A DNA stretch of 64,000 bases, from assembly GCA_036012755.1 (NCBI GenBank), contig DASCPX010000027.1, positions 96,001 to 160,000 on the forward strand, written 5' to 3'. Below are positions 7,249 to 16,279 of this stretch, piece after piece. A program made the translations under genes and the position numbers. Each line of letters starts with the position of its first letter. Position 1 is the stretch's first letter. The notes under the pieces were generated by a model that saw only the letters and a list, made by a program, of their open reading frames with translations, was not told the DNA's origin and made no database searches. The DNA comes from Myxococcota bacterium. GTDB taxonomy: Bacteria; Myxococcota_A; UBA796; CAJQPC01.

Positions 7249-9815
7249 GGGCGCTTCCGGCGGCGGCGGCGGCGGCGCCCCTTCTTCTCCTTCTCTTCCA
7301 CGGGCGCGGGGCCGAGGAGGTCCGGGTGGAGCTCCCGAAGGCGACGCGCCAGCGAGCGGTGGACCCGCTGGCGGAGCTCCGGATCCTGGACGAGGACCGA
7401 CAGCGCCGCGCGACGGGCCCGCAGCAGCAGCACGCGGTCCCGGGCGGTCTCGGCGATCTGGAAGCTCGGGAGGTCTGCCTTGCGATGCCCGAGCAAGGCG
7501 TCGTCCCCACGGGCAAGCCGGTCCTGCTCGGCGACCGCAAAGCCGTCCTGCTCTCGAGCCAGGAGCTCGACCAGGCGGCGTCCTTCTTCCGTGGGCTTCG
7601 AGCTGAACACGAAGTTGCAGATCCCTGGCTCGCGCCCGCGGGCGACGTGCCCACGCAGACGGTGCAGGCGGACGAGATCGTAGCGGTCGGCGTTCTCGAC
7701 GTGCATGCCGGTGGCGTTGGCGACCTCGGGGGCGTCCTCGATGGTTGTCGTCGCGACGAGGACGTCCAGGCGCCGGTGTCGGAAGTCCTCGAAGACGCGG
7801 TGGCGCTCCTCCCTGGTCATGCCCCCGTGGTAGAGCGCCAGACGGTACCCGGGGAAGGCCTCCGCCGAGAGCGCTCCGACGAGCTGGCTCGCACGATCCA
7901 GCGGGAGCAGATCGCGGCCAGCCAACAGAGGAAAGCAGACATAGGCCTGCCTTCCGGCGGCCAGTCGCTCACGGATCTCGGCGTAGGCCTCTTCGCGGTC
8001 GTCCGGAGTCCGCACGCGAGCCTGCACGATCTGACGGTCGGAGTCGTGCAGCACGCTGATGTCGTGGTCGCTGAAGATCGTGAACGCCAGGCTCGCGGGT
8101 ATCGGCACTGACGTGACGACCAGTAGATCAGGGTGGATGCCCTTCTGGGCGAGGTCCTTTCGGTCGAGCACGCCGAAGTGGCTGCGCTCCTCGACGATGA
8201 CCAGGCCGAGCTTCTTGAACTCTGGGAGCCCACCCTTGGCGAGGTCGTGGGTCGCGAAGACACAGCTGGCCTCGCCCCGACGGATGGCGTCGAGCTGGGC
8301 CGCGGTCGGCTCGCCGGAGACCAGCTGCGGCACCACTCCCAGACCGCGGAGTGTCGACTCCGCGAAGAGGTAGCGGTGGGCCGCGGAGACCTCATCGGGA
8401 GCCAGGAAGCACACCTGGGACTTGCCCTCGGCGACGAGGACACCGCTCAGCAGAGCGACGATGGCCTTGCCAGAGCCGACGTCCCCCTGCAGCAGGCGCG
8501 TCATCGCCGTAGGCTTGCGCAGGTCCCGCCGGATCTCGTCGAAGACCAGCTCCTGGCTGTCGTTCTGGATGAGGCCCTGTTCCTGCTGCAGCCGCGCGAC
8601 GAGACCGTGGCTGACCTTGTGGCCCATGCCCCGGTGGCGGACCTGCTGGCGGCTGGCGACGGCGAGCTGGTAGAACAGGAGCTCTTCGAAGGCCCAGCGC
8701 TCGCGGCCCCGGGACAGGCCAGTGCTCGGCACGTGGAGCTCCCAGAGCGCCTCGGTGATGCCGAGGACTCGGGCGTCCTTCGTCAGCGGGCGTGGCAGCG
8801 GGTCCTGGATCCGTCGTGCGTGCTCGGACAGGGCCTCGCGCAGCAGGCGCTGCAGATCTGCGTCGGCGATGCCTTCGAGGGCGTAGACGGGACGGCGAAT
8901 GGCTCCCCGGCTTCCCATCCACCACCGCTGTGGTTCATAGAGCACGGGCTCCTCGCCGATGCGCTCCAGTCGGCCGACGAAGGTGACCTCGCCCTCCGGC
9001 AGCTCCTCGGGGGGCATGACCCAGCGACAGCGCAGGGTGCGCTCGCCGACGACGAGATCGGCCTCGGCGACGCGGCCAGCGGGACCGAAGCGGAGCCAGC
9101 GGGCCGCCACCGTTCCGGTGACTGCCACTTCCTGGTCGTCCTCGGGCAGGTCCGCCGCGGGGTCGAGAGGCTCGAGGAGTTCGTGGCTGCGTGGGACGAG
9201 CATCAGCAGGTCGACGAGGGTGACTATCCCAGCCGCGGCCAGGCTCTCCACCAGCGCCGGGGTCGCACTCGGCAGCGAGCTGACCGGCTGACCGGTCCCC
9301 TTGGGAGCCCCGAGCGGGAGGCGTGGTGGTGGCGGCGGCGGGGGCTCGGCCTTCGCCTTGGCCCCCGTGTCCGAGCCGCGTCCGCGGCCGCGTCGGGATG
9401 GCCTGGTTGCCCGTTCGGTGACCTCCGGGGTCTCGGGGAGCTGCAGGAGGACGCCGACCGGATCGAGCGGGTCCCCCTCCTCGCTCGGCTCCATTGCGCC
9501 GTCGAGCGCGGAGAGAGCACGCTGGACGGGCTCGAGCCGATCGGTCCAGGGGGTCGAGTCGACGCCGACGAGGGCCTCGGCGGCCTCGAGGAGCCCGGGG
9601 CTTCCCGAGACATCGTGTGCTCGCAGCAGGATCGGCCGGCAGCAGCGCTCGAGCCACCGCAGATCCCACAGTCGCGCGCCGTCGTCAGCGACGGCGTACA
9701 GGAGGGTTCGCTTCACCTGGTGCAGGCCTCGGAGGCGCCCGGTCTGCTCGACCTCGGGGACCGAGGGAACCGCGGCGCCGTCCGACCCGCCCAGATCGAT
9801 CTGGGGATCGGACAT
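7245..9815 (-). CDS. recG: RecG-like protein with degenerate helicase motifs (probable pseudo-helicase)
   Basis: RecG architecture (wedge region, RLLQGDVGSGK, YHGGM, DGFAVAEQD), but GKA, EERS, TSV and RLRGHVAR replace the catalytic motifs. Confidence 0.8.
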   Translation of the reverse strand: MSDPQIDLGGSDGAAVPSVPEVEQTGRLRGLHQVKRTLLYAVADDGARLWDLRWLERCCRPILLRAHDVSGSPGLLEAAEALVGVDSTPWTDRLEPVQRALSALDGAMEPSEEGDPLDPVGVLLQLPETPEVTERATRPSRRGRGRGSDTGAKAKAEPPPPPPPRLPLGAPKGTGQPVSSLPSATPALVESLAAAGIVTLVDLLMLVPRSHELLEPLDPAADLPEDDQEVAVTGTVAARWLRFGPAGRVAEADLVVGERTLRCRWVMPPEELPEGEVTFVGRLERIGEEPVLYEPQRWWMGSRGAIRRPVYALEGIADADLQRLLREALSEHARRIQDPLPRPLTKDARVLGITEALWELHVPSTGLSRGRERWAFEELLFYQLAVASRQQVRHRGMGHKVSHGLVARLQQEQGLIQNDSQELVFDEIRRDLRKPTAMTRLLQGDVGSGKAIVALLSGVLVAEGKSQVCFLAPDEVSAAHRYLFAESTLRGLGVVPQLVSGEPTAAQLDAIRRGEASCVFATHDLAKGGLPEFKKLGLVIVEERSHFGVLDRKDLAQKGIHPDLLVVTSVPIPASLAFTIFSDHDISVLHDSDRQIVQARVRTPDDREEAYAEIRERLAAGRQAYVCFPLLAGRDLLPLDRASQLVGALSAEAFPGYRLALYHGGMTREERHRVFEDFRHRRLDVLVATTTIEDAPEVANATGMHVENADRYDLVRLHRLRGHVARGREPGICNFVFSSKPTEEGRRLVELLAREQDGFAVAEQDRLARGDDALLGHRKADLPSFQIAETARDRVLLLRARRAALSVLVQDPELRQRVHRSLARRLRELHPDLLGPAPVEEKEKKGRRRRRRRKRP

Positions 9816-9820
9816 GTGAC

Positions 9821-10297
9821 CTACCCGGAGATGACGTCCAGGATCTCGAAGGCCCGGCTGCCTTTCGGCGTCTTGACCTTCACCTCGTCACCGGCTTCCT
9901 TGCCGATGAGCGAGCGCCCGATGGGCGACCCATAGAAGATGAGCCCACTCTTGACATCGGCCTCGTAGTCGCTGACCAGCCGGTACTCGACCTCGTTCTC
10001 GGTGTCGAGATCCAGGAGCTGGACCTTCGCGCCGAAGATGACCTTGTCCGTGGGTGGGAGCTTGGAGATGTCGATGACCTCTGCGGTCGCCACGCGATTC
10101 TCCAAGTCGTTGATGCGAGCCTCGAGCAGGCCTTGCCGGTCCTTTGCGGTGTCGTACTCGGCGTTCTCTGACAAATCGCCGTGCGCTCGGGCCTCTTCGA
10201 TGTCCTTGACCACCTGCGGACGAAGCACCGACTTGCAGTGTCGAAGCTCCTCCGTCAGCCGCCGATGGCCCTCGGGCGTGATGGGGTTGCGCTGCAT
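9821..10297 (-). CDS. greA: Transcription elongation factor GreA
   Basis: MQRNPITPEG...ARAHGDLSENAEY...SPIGRSLIGK. Confidence 0.96.
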   Translation of the reverse strand: MQRNPITPEGHRRLTEELRHCKSVLRPQVVKDIEEARAHGDLSENAEYDTAKDRQGLLEARINDLENRVATAEVIDISKLPPTDKVIFGAKVQLLDLDTENEVEYRLVSDYEADVKSGLIFYGSPIGRSLIGKEAGDEVKVKTPKGSRAFEILDVISG

Positions 10298-10391
10298 GAG
10301 ATCCCTGGGGTGTCTCGTGGCCTGCGGGCGGTCGCCAGCGGGGCGGGCCGGCCTGGCCGCGTGGTCGATCAGCGTATCACGCAGCCGCGTC

Positions 10392-11654
10392 TCAGCCAGC
10401 CCAGACAGTGACGCCCGCCCGCAGCGTGCGGCGGACGACCACTGGAAGCTCCCGCCCGCCCAGCGGCGTGTTGCGCGAACGGCTCGCAGAGGCCTCTGGA
10501 TCCACCGTCCAGGTGGCGCTGGCGTCGAGCACCACGAGGTCTGCTGGAGCCCCCGCGGCGACTCTCCGGTCGAGGCCGAGGATCGACGCCGGTCCAGCGC
10601 TGAGGGCGCGGAGCGCCACCTCGAGCGAGCCAGTCCCGGCGACGACGCATGACAGGGCGGTCTCCAGCGTCGAGGCTCCCGGCTCGGCCAGCGCGAACTC
10701 GAGCTCCTTGTCCACACGCGTCCGAGGTCGGTGGGCCGAAGCCGCACCGGTCAGGAGTCCGGCGTCGAGGGCGTCGATGATCGCGTTTCGGTCGTCCTCG
10801 GTGCGCAGCGGAGGCAGCAGCCGAGTGCTGCTGTCGTAGCTGCTCTGGAGGACGGCATCATCGGTCAAGAGCGTGCTCAGCGCCGTCGTGGAGGCGGTGA
10901 TGGCGACGTCGTCGTCCTTGGCGATGGCGAGGATCTCCAGCGCCAGCCGCGTCGAGACGCCCGTGATGTGCACGTGAGCGCCGGTGTAGCGCGCGAGCGC
11001 CGCCAGTCGAGCGACGGCCATCTCCTCCGCCGCCGCAGGGAGTCCGCGCAATCCCGCGAGGTTGGAGCTGTAGCCCTCGTGCATCACCCCACCCGACTCC
11101 AGGGTCCCTTCGCCAGCCCGCAACAGGACCGGGAGCCCGAAAGGACGGGCATACAAGAGGGCATTGCGCAGCACGAGGGTGTTGGGGACCAGATGCGTGC
11201 CGTTGCTGAACGCGACGGCGCCAGCTTCGGCCATCAGACCGAGCTCAGCCAGGTGCTCTCCCGCCAAGCCTCGGGTCAGCGCGCCGGCCGCCAGCACCTC
11301 GACAGAGGACTCGTCTCGAGCCCTGGTCAGGAGCTCGCGAATCACCGCGGCGTCGTCGGCGACCGGGTTCGTCGCGGGTGACGCCAGCACGGCCGTGAAG
11401 CCGCCGCGGGCCGCCGCCGCAGAGGCCGTCACGAGGTCCTCTCGCCAGGTCAGGCCCGGGTCGCAGAGCTCCGCGTCGAGATCTACCAGGGCTGGCGCGA
11501 CGACGAGGCCGCTGCAGTCGACGAGTTCGGCATCGTCGGCAGAGGCGCCGAGCTCGACCCGGACGATGAAGCCGTCTTCGATGAGCACGTCGGCGTGTTC
11601 CTCCAGTCCGGTGACCGGGCAGAGGACGCGGCCGCCACGGAGGAGGGTCCTCAA
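10392..11654 (-). CDS. pyrC: Dihydroorotase-like protein, probably catalytically inactive PyrC'
   Basis: DHOase pattern (AAARGGFT, PPLRTEDDR, SRNTP), but HxH is DAE and the D-H-A-P motif is A-H-R-P; follows pyrB. Confidence 0.85.
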   Translation of the reverse strand: MRTLLRGGRVLCPVTGLEEHADVLIEDGFIVRVELGASADDAELVDCSGLVVAPALVDLDAELCDPGLTWREDLVTASAAAARGGFTAVLASPATNPVADDAAVIRELLTRARDESSVEVLAAGALTRGLAGEHLAELGLMAEAGAVAFSNGTHLVPNTLVLRNALLYARPFGLPVLLRAGEGTLESGGVMHEGYSSNLAGLRGLPAAAEEMAVARLAALARYTGAHVHITGVSTRLALEILAIAKDDDVAITASTTALSTLLTDDAVLQSSYDSSTRLLPPLRTEDDRNAIIDALDAGLLTGAASAHRPRTRVDKELEFALAEPGASTLETALSCVVAGTGSLEVALRALSAGPASILGLDRRVAAGAPADLVVLDASATWTVDPEASASRSRNTPLGGRELPVVVRRTLRAGVTVWAG

Positions 11655-12571
11655 GACTCGTCCCCCCCGAGCAGGAGGAACAGGAGCGCCATCCGGACCG
11701 CGACGCCGTTGGCGACCTGTTCCATGATGACGCTGTTGGCTCCGTCCGCGACCTCCGGGCTCATCTCGACACCACGGTTGATGGGACCGGGGTGCATCAC
11801 CAGGACCCTGTCGGAGGCGCGCGCCAGCTTCTGCGCGTCCAGACCGTAGAGGTGGGCGTATTCACGACTCGAGGCGACCATCGCCTCCGGCAAGCGCTCG
11901 CGCTGGATGCGGAGCATCATGAGCACGTCCGCCTCCTCGAGCACGTCATCGATCCGGTGGCGGACTTCGACGCCGTCGCGGCTCATCTCCTGGCGACACA
12001 TGGTCCCCGGACCCGCCAGCAGCACCCGGGCGCCCATCGTCCGGAGGCCATAGATATTCGAGCGAGCGACCCGTGAGTGGTAGACGTCGCCGACGATCGC
12101 CACCGTCTTGCCCTCGAGCGTGCCGAGATGATCCCGGATCGTCAGGAGGTCGAGCAGACCCTGGGTCGGGTGCTCGTTGATGCCGTCTCCGGCATTGATG
12201 ACCGAGAACTCGAAGGCCCGGGCGAGCATGTGCGGTGCGCCGCCGCAGCTGTGGCGCATCACGACGAGGTCCGGGGCCATCGCGTCGATGTTGCGGGCGG
12301 TGTCCATCAGGGTCTCGCCCTTCCTTGCAGAGGAGGTCGACGCAGAGATGTTGACCCCGTCCGCCGACAGGCGCTTGGCGGCGAGGTCGAAGCTGACGCG
12401 GGTCCTGGTGCTGTTCTCGAAGAAGAGCGAGACGACAGTGCGTCCACGCAGGGTCGGCACTTTCTTGATCCGGCGCTTGCTTACCTCTCGGAAACGGGCC
12501 GCCGTATCGAGGATCTCCGTGATCTCCTCGGCCCTGACATCTCGAAGCCCCAGGAGGTCCTTTCGGTGCAT
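11651..12571 (-). CDS. pyrB: Aspartate carbamoyltransferase catalytic subunit
   Basis: FFENSTRT, HPTQGLLD, MHPGPINRG. Confidence 0.97.
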   Translation of the reverse strand: MHRKDLLGLRDVRAEEITEILDTAARFREVSKRRIKKVPTLRGRTVVSLFFENSTRTRVSFDLAAKRLSADGVNISASTSSARKGETLMDTARNIDAMAPDLVVMRHSCGGAPHMLARAFEFSVINAGDGINEHPTQGLLDLLTIRDHLGTLEGKTVAIVGDVYHSRVARSNIYGLRTMGARVLLAGPGTMCRQEMSRDGVEVRHRIDDVLEEADVLMMLRIQRERLPEAMVASSREYAHLYGLDAQKLARASDRVLVMHPGPINRGVEMSPEVADGANSVIMEQVANGVAVRMALLFLLLGGDES

Positions 12572-13095
12572 CAGCCGACGAATATTCCGTCGGCTTCGCT
12601 GCCGTCTTCGACGAAAGAAACCGTCACACGATCGCCCTTGTCCGTCTCAATCCGCCTGCCGACGAAGTCTGCATGAATCGGCAGCTCCCGCCCGCCGCGA
12701 TCGACCAGCACCGCCAGCTTGATCCAATCGGGCCGCCCGTAGTCCATCAGCAGTCCTAGGGCAGCGCGGACGGTGCGGCCGGTGAACAACACGTCATCGA
12801 CGAGGACCACCCGCGCGCCGTCGACGGCGAAGGGGATGCGCGTGTCCCCCAGCGTGGGTTTCTCCAGGCCCGTGTAGAGGTCGTCCCGATACAGGGTGAT
12901 GTCCATCTCGCCGAGGACGGGGCAGGCTCCTTCGAGCTCTCCGATGGTCCGGCTCAGGCGCTGCGCGAGGTAGACGCCTCCAGTGCGGATGCCGACGAGC
13001 CGAAGGTCCTCGAGGCCCTGGGTGGACTCGAGGATCTCGGTCGCGAGCCGGCGAATCGAGCGGGACAGATCGACGCTCGAGAGGACCTGGCGCAT
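12571..13095 (-). CDS. pyrR: Pyrimidine regulatory protein / uracil phosphoribosyltransferase PyrR
   Basis: DITLYRDD, LVDDVLFTGRT, DRGGRELPI. Confidence 0.95.
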   Translation of the reverse strand: MRQVLSSVDLSRSIRRLATEILESTQGLEDLRLVGIRTGGVYLAQRLSRTIGELEGACPVLGEMDITLYRDDLYTGLEKPTLGDTRIPFAVDGARVVLVDDVLFTGRTVRAALGLLMDYGRPDWIKLAVLVDRGGRELPIHADFVGRRIETDKGDRVTVSFVEDGSEADGIFVG

Positions 13096-13485
13096 CTACC
13101 AGTCGTAGAGGTCGCCGCTCGCGTCGAGGTACTTGTGGACCTCGAACTCGAGCGTCGTGCGCGTGTCGACCAGCGGGTACTTCACGTCGACTGCCCAATA
13201 GCAGCTGACGTGCTTCTCCTTGCCTTCCTCCCAGAACTCGCAGTCCTCCGGAATGATGTACATGGGGATCTCGCGCTTATCCAGCTCATGGGCGAGCATG
13301 CTCTCGCCCTTGACCTGGTTGCGGTCGCGCCACTCGAGGATGGACACCGTGACGACCTCGTCCATCTTGCGCGACGTCCAATAGGGCGGAACGAAGGCCC
13401 AGATCGAGTACGCCCCGGCGATGAAGGCCAGGAACATCAGCATCTTCACGATGTCGATGCGTCCCTGGCGTCTCCAGGAGTTCAT
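13096..13485 (-). CDS. Small single-TM protein (DUF4845-like shape and position after lepB)
   Basis: RRQG followed by a hydrophobic helix and VPPY; directly downstream of lepB; GAGG SD. Confidence 0.6.
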   Translation of the reverse strand: MNSWRRQGRIDIVKMLMFLAFIAGAYSIWAFVPPYWTSRKMDEVVTVSILEWRDRNQVKGESMLAHELDKREIPMYIIPEDCEFWEEGKEKHVSCYWAVDVKYPLVDTRTTLEFEVHKYLDASGDLYDW

Positions 13486-13487
13486 GC

Positions 13488-14057
13488 TCACCTCTTGCCT
13501 GGACTCTCACACGACGGCCCTGGCCACGCAACGCCCGAGACGACGCCTACGATGGTGTCCTCTTCGATCGCTCCCCACTGTCGACTGTCGTGGGAACGCG
13601 GTCGGGAGTCGCCGAGGACCCAGAGCTCGCCGGGTCCGAGCTCCGTGCGCTCGTGGTCTCCGCCACGCACCACCGCGTAGCCAGCCTCGATGGTCCCGGC
13701 CTCCGCGCGCTCGCGGCACTGGCCGTCCACCCAGAGCAGCGGCGCCTCGTCGACGAAGGCAGCCTCCCCGTCGACGTAGAGCCGCCCGTCCGCGAGCTCC
13801 ACCTCTCCGGGGCCGCGCGCCACGAGCCGCTTCACGTGGAGGAGGCCGTCGCCGAGGTCCAGGACCACGACGTCGCCGACCTCTGCAGTGGCGAGCCTCG
13901 CGCTGAGGACGATCGCTCCCTCCCGGATGTTGGGCTCCATGGACCCGGTGCGGACTCGGACGACGTCGAAGACCAGCTGGCGGAGCAGGACCGCGACGAC
14001 GAGGAGGACGACCGCCCCGACGAGACCTCTGCGCCCCAGCCCGCGTCGCTCAGTCAT
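13488..14057 (-). CDS. lepB: Signal peptidase I
   Basis: TM, then GSMEP (catalytic Ser), VKR (catalytic Lys), [15 protein letters not shown]; follows lepA. Confidence 0.9.
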   Translation of the reverse strand: MTERRGLGRRGLVGAVVLLVVAVLLRQLVFDVVRVRTGSMEPNIREGAIVLSARLATAEVGDVVVLDLGDGLLHVKRLVARGPGEVELADGRLYVDGEAAFVDEAPLLWVDGQCRERAEAGTIEAGYAVVRGGDHERTELGPGELWVLGDSRPRSHDSRQWGAIEEDTIVGVVSGVAWPGPSCESPGKR

Positions 14058-15858
14058 CCCCAATCGAGAGCACGCTGAGGAAGGCCTCCTGTGGGACCTC
14101 GACGGAGCCCACCGCCTTCATGCGCTTCTTGCCCTTCTTCTGCTTCTCCAGGAGCTTGCGCTTGCGGCTGATGTCGCCGCCGTAGCACTTCGCGGTCACG
14201 TCCTTCCGGAGCGCCTTCACGGTGGTGCGAGCGATGACCTTCGTCCCGATCGCCGCCTGGATGGCGACCTCGTACATCTGCCGCGGGATGAACTCCTTGA
14301 GCTTCCGCGCGAGCAACTGCCCGTTGCGGAAGGACCTGCTGCGGTGGCAGATGGTCGAGAGCGCGTCGACGACCTCGCCGTTGAGGAGGATGTCGAGCTT
14401 GACGAGATCCGCGGTCTCCCAGCGGTCGATCTCGTAGTCCATGGACGCGTAGCCCCTCGTCACCGACTTCAACTTGTCGAAGAAATCGTAGACGACCTCC
14501 GCGTAGGGAATCTCGTAGACGATGACGTTGCGGCCGGCGGTCGGGACCTCGAAGCTGCACTGTGCCCCTCGCCTGTCCTGGCAGAGCTTGAACACGGCGC
14601 CGACGTGGCCGTCGGGCACGTGGATCGTCACCTTGGCGATGGGCTCGTGGATGGCGACCAGCCGGCTCAGCGGAGGCAGGCGCGAGGGAGAGTGGATCTC
14701 CACGTCCTCGCCGTCCTTGATCGAGACCCTGTAGACGACGCTGGGGGCGGTCGTGATCAGGGCCAGGTCGTACTCCCGCTCCAGCCGCTCCTGGATGATC
14801 TCCATGTGGAGCAGCCCGAGGAAGCCGACGCGGAAGCCGAAGCCGAGCGCATCCGACGTCTCGGGCTCCCAGGTGAACGAACAGTCGTTGAGCGAGAGCT
14901 TCTCGAGGGCGTCGCGGAGGTCGGAGTAGTCGCCGGACTCCACGGGGTAGATCCCGGCGAAGACCATCGGCTTGGACTCCGCGAAGCCCGGGAGGGGCTC
15001 CTCGGCGCCACCCTTCGCGTGGGTGATGGTGTCGCCGACCCGACAGTCCTCGAGCTTCTTGATGCTCGCGATGACAAAGCCGACCTCTCCCGCCGAGAGC
15101 TCGTCGCGTTGGACCGCCTCTGGTGCGAAGGCCCCGAGCTGGGTGACCTCGTGGGTGGCGCCTGTCGCCATGAGCTTGATCTTCTCTCGCGTCCGTAGCC
15201 TCCCGGCCTTGACGCGGACGAGCGCGACCACGCCGACGTAGGTGTCGAACCAGGAGTCCACGACGAGACACTGGAGCGGAGCCTCCCGGTCCTCGACGGG
15301 CGCTGGCACGAGCTTCACGACCGCCTCGAGGACGTCGACCACGCCGAGCCCGGTCTTCGCCGAGCAGAGGACCGCGTCGTCGATGTCCAGACCTACGCCG
15401 TCGTGGAGCTGCTCGAGCACGGCGTCGGGGTCGGCGCCGGGCAGGTCGATCTTGTTGATGACGGGGATGATCGCGAGGTCGTGGTCGATGGCGAGGTAGA
15501 CGTTCGCGAGGGTCTGTGCCTCGACGCCCTGGGCTGCATCGACGACCAGCAGCACCCCCTCGCAGGCGGCGAGGGAGCGGCTCACCTCGTAGCCGAAGTC
15601 TACGTGGCCAGGCGTGTCGATCAGGTTCAGCGAGTAGTCGTGACCATCCGCCCCGGTGTACGCGAGCACGCAGGTCTGAGCCTTGATCGTGATCCCGCGC
15701 TCTCGCTCCAGCTCCATCTTGTCGAGGTACTGGTCCTTCATCTCGCGCTCGGACAACAGCCCGGTGTGCTCGATGAGGCGATCTGCCAGGGTCGATTTGC
15801 CGTGGTCGATGTGCGCGATGATCGCGAAGTTGCGAATGCGCTCGATGACCGTTGGCAG
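14050..15858 (-). CDS. lepA: Elongation factor 4 (LepA); start probably non-canonical CTG
   Basis: [19 protein letters not shown] lies in frame upstream of the first ATG (15756); [30 protein letters not shown]. Confidence 0.95.
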   Translation of the reverse strand: MPTVIERIRNFAIIAHIDHGKSTLADRLIEHTGLLSEREMKDQYLDKMELERERGITIKAQTCVLAYTGADGHDYSLNLIDTPGHVDFGYEVSRSLAACEGVLLVVDAAQGVEAQTLANVYLAIDHDLAIIPVINKIDLPGADPDAVLEQLHDGVGLDIDDAVLCSAKTGLGVVDVLEAVVKLVPAPVEDREAPLQCLVVDSWFDTYVGVVALVRVKAGRLRTREKIKLMATGATHEVTQLGAFAPEAVQRDELSAGEVGFVIASIKKLEDCRVGDTITHAKGGAEEPLPGFAESKPMVFAGIYPVESGDYSDLRDALEKLSLNDCSFTWEPETSDALGFGFRVGFLGLLHMEIIQERLEREYDLALITTAPSVVYRVSIKDGEDVEIHSPSRLPPLSRLVAIHEPIAKVTIHVPDGHVGAVFKLCQDRRGAQCSFEVPTAGRNVIVYEIPYAEVVYDFFDKLKSVTRGYASMDYEIDRWETADLVKLDILLNGEVVDALSTICHRSRSFRNGQLLARKLKEFIPRQMYEVAIQAAIGTKVIARTTVKALRKDVTAKCYGGDISRKRKLLEKQKKGKKRMKAVGSVEVPQEAFLSVLSIGDD

Positions 15859-15860
15859 GT

Positions 15861-16130
15861 CTAGGTCGCCTTGATCTTGTTCACGGCTGCGTAGAGGCGC
15901 GCGACGCGGCGGGAGGCGTTCCGCTTGTGGATGATGTTCTTGCTCGCCAGGCGCTGGATGATGCCGACGGCAGTGGGAAGAGCAGCCTCGGCAGCGGCAT
16001 GGTCGCCGGCGTCGACGGCGGCGCGAACGCGCTTGATCTCGGTCCGCATCGTGGCGCGATAGTGACGGTTACGCGTACGGCGCTTGGCGTTCTGGCGGAT
16101 GCGCTTGAGTGCGTCGGCGTGGTGAGCCAC
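15861..16130 (-). CDS. rpsT: 30S ribosomal protein S20
   Basis: [16 protein letters not shown]...[14 protein letters not shown]. Confidence 0.95.
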   Translation of the reverse strand: MAHHADALKRIRQNAKRRTRNRHYRATMRTEIKRVRAAVDAGDHAAAEAALPTAVGIIQRLASKNIIHKRNASRRVARLYAAVNKIKAT

Positions 16131-16164
16131 TTCGGCTTCCTCGGAGGTTCTGTGAAGGCCCCGG

Positions 16165-16192
16165 CAATTAGCATGGTGCGCTTCGATGTCAA
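16165..16192 (-). promoter_or_regulatory. Putative promoter of the rpsT-lepA operon
   Basis: Minus strand TTGACA-16 nt-TAATTG, with TG of an extended -10. Confidence 0.45.
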
Positions 16193-16279
16193 GGCTCGGT
16201 GGTCTCGTGCAACCACGGTGACGTTGCCGCCCACTGTGGCCACGGGTAGTGTCCCTGCCCCCGACTCATAGGAGCTCAC

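Noticed and set aside
7257..7280. (CGG)n microsatellite
   Set aside because: It simply encodes the poly-Arg C-terminal tail of the RecG-like protein.
13096..13200. PyrR attenuator upstream of pyrR
   Set aside because: pyrR directly abuts the upstream CDS; no leader, U-tract terminator or recognisable PyrR-binding loop.
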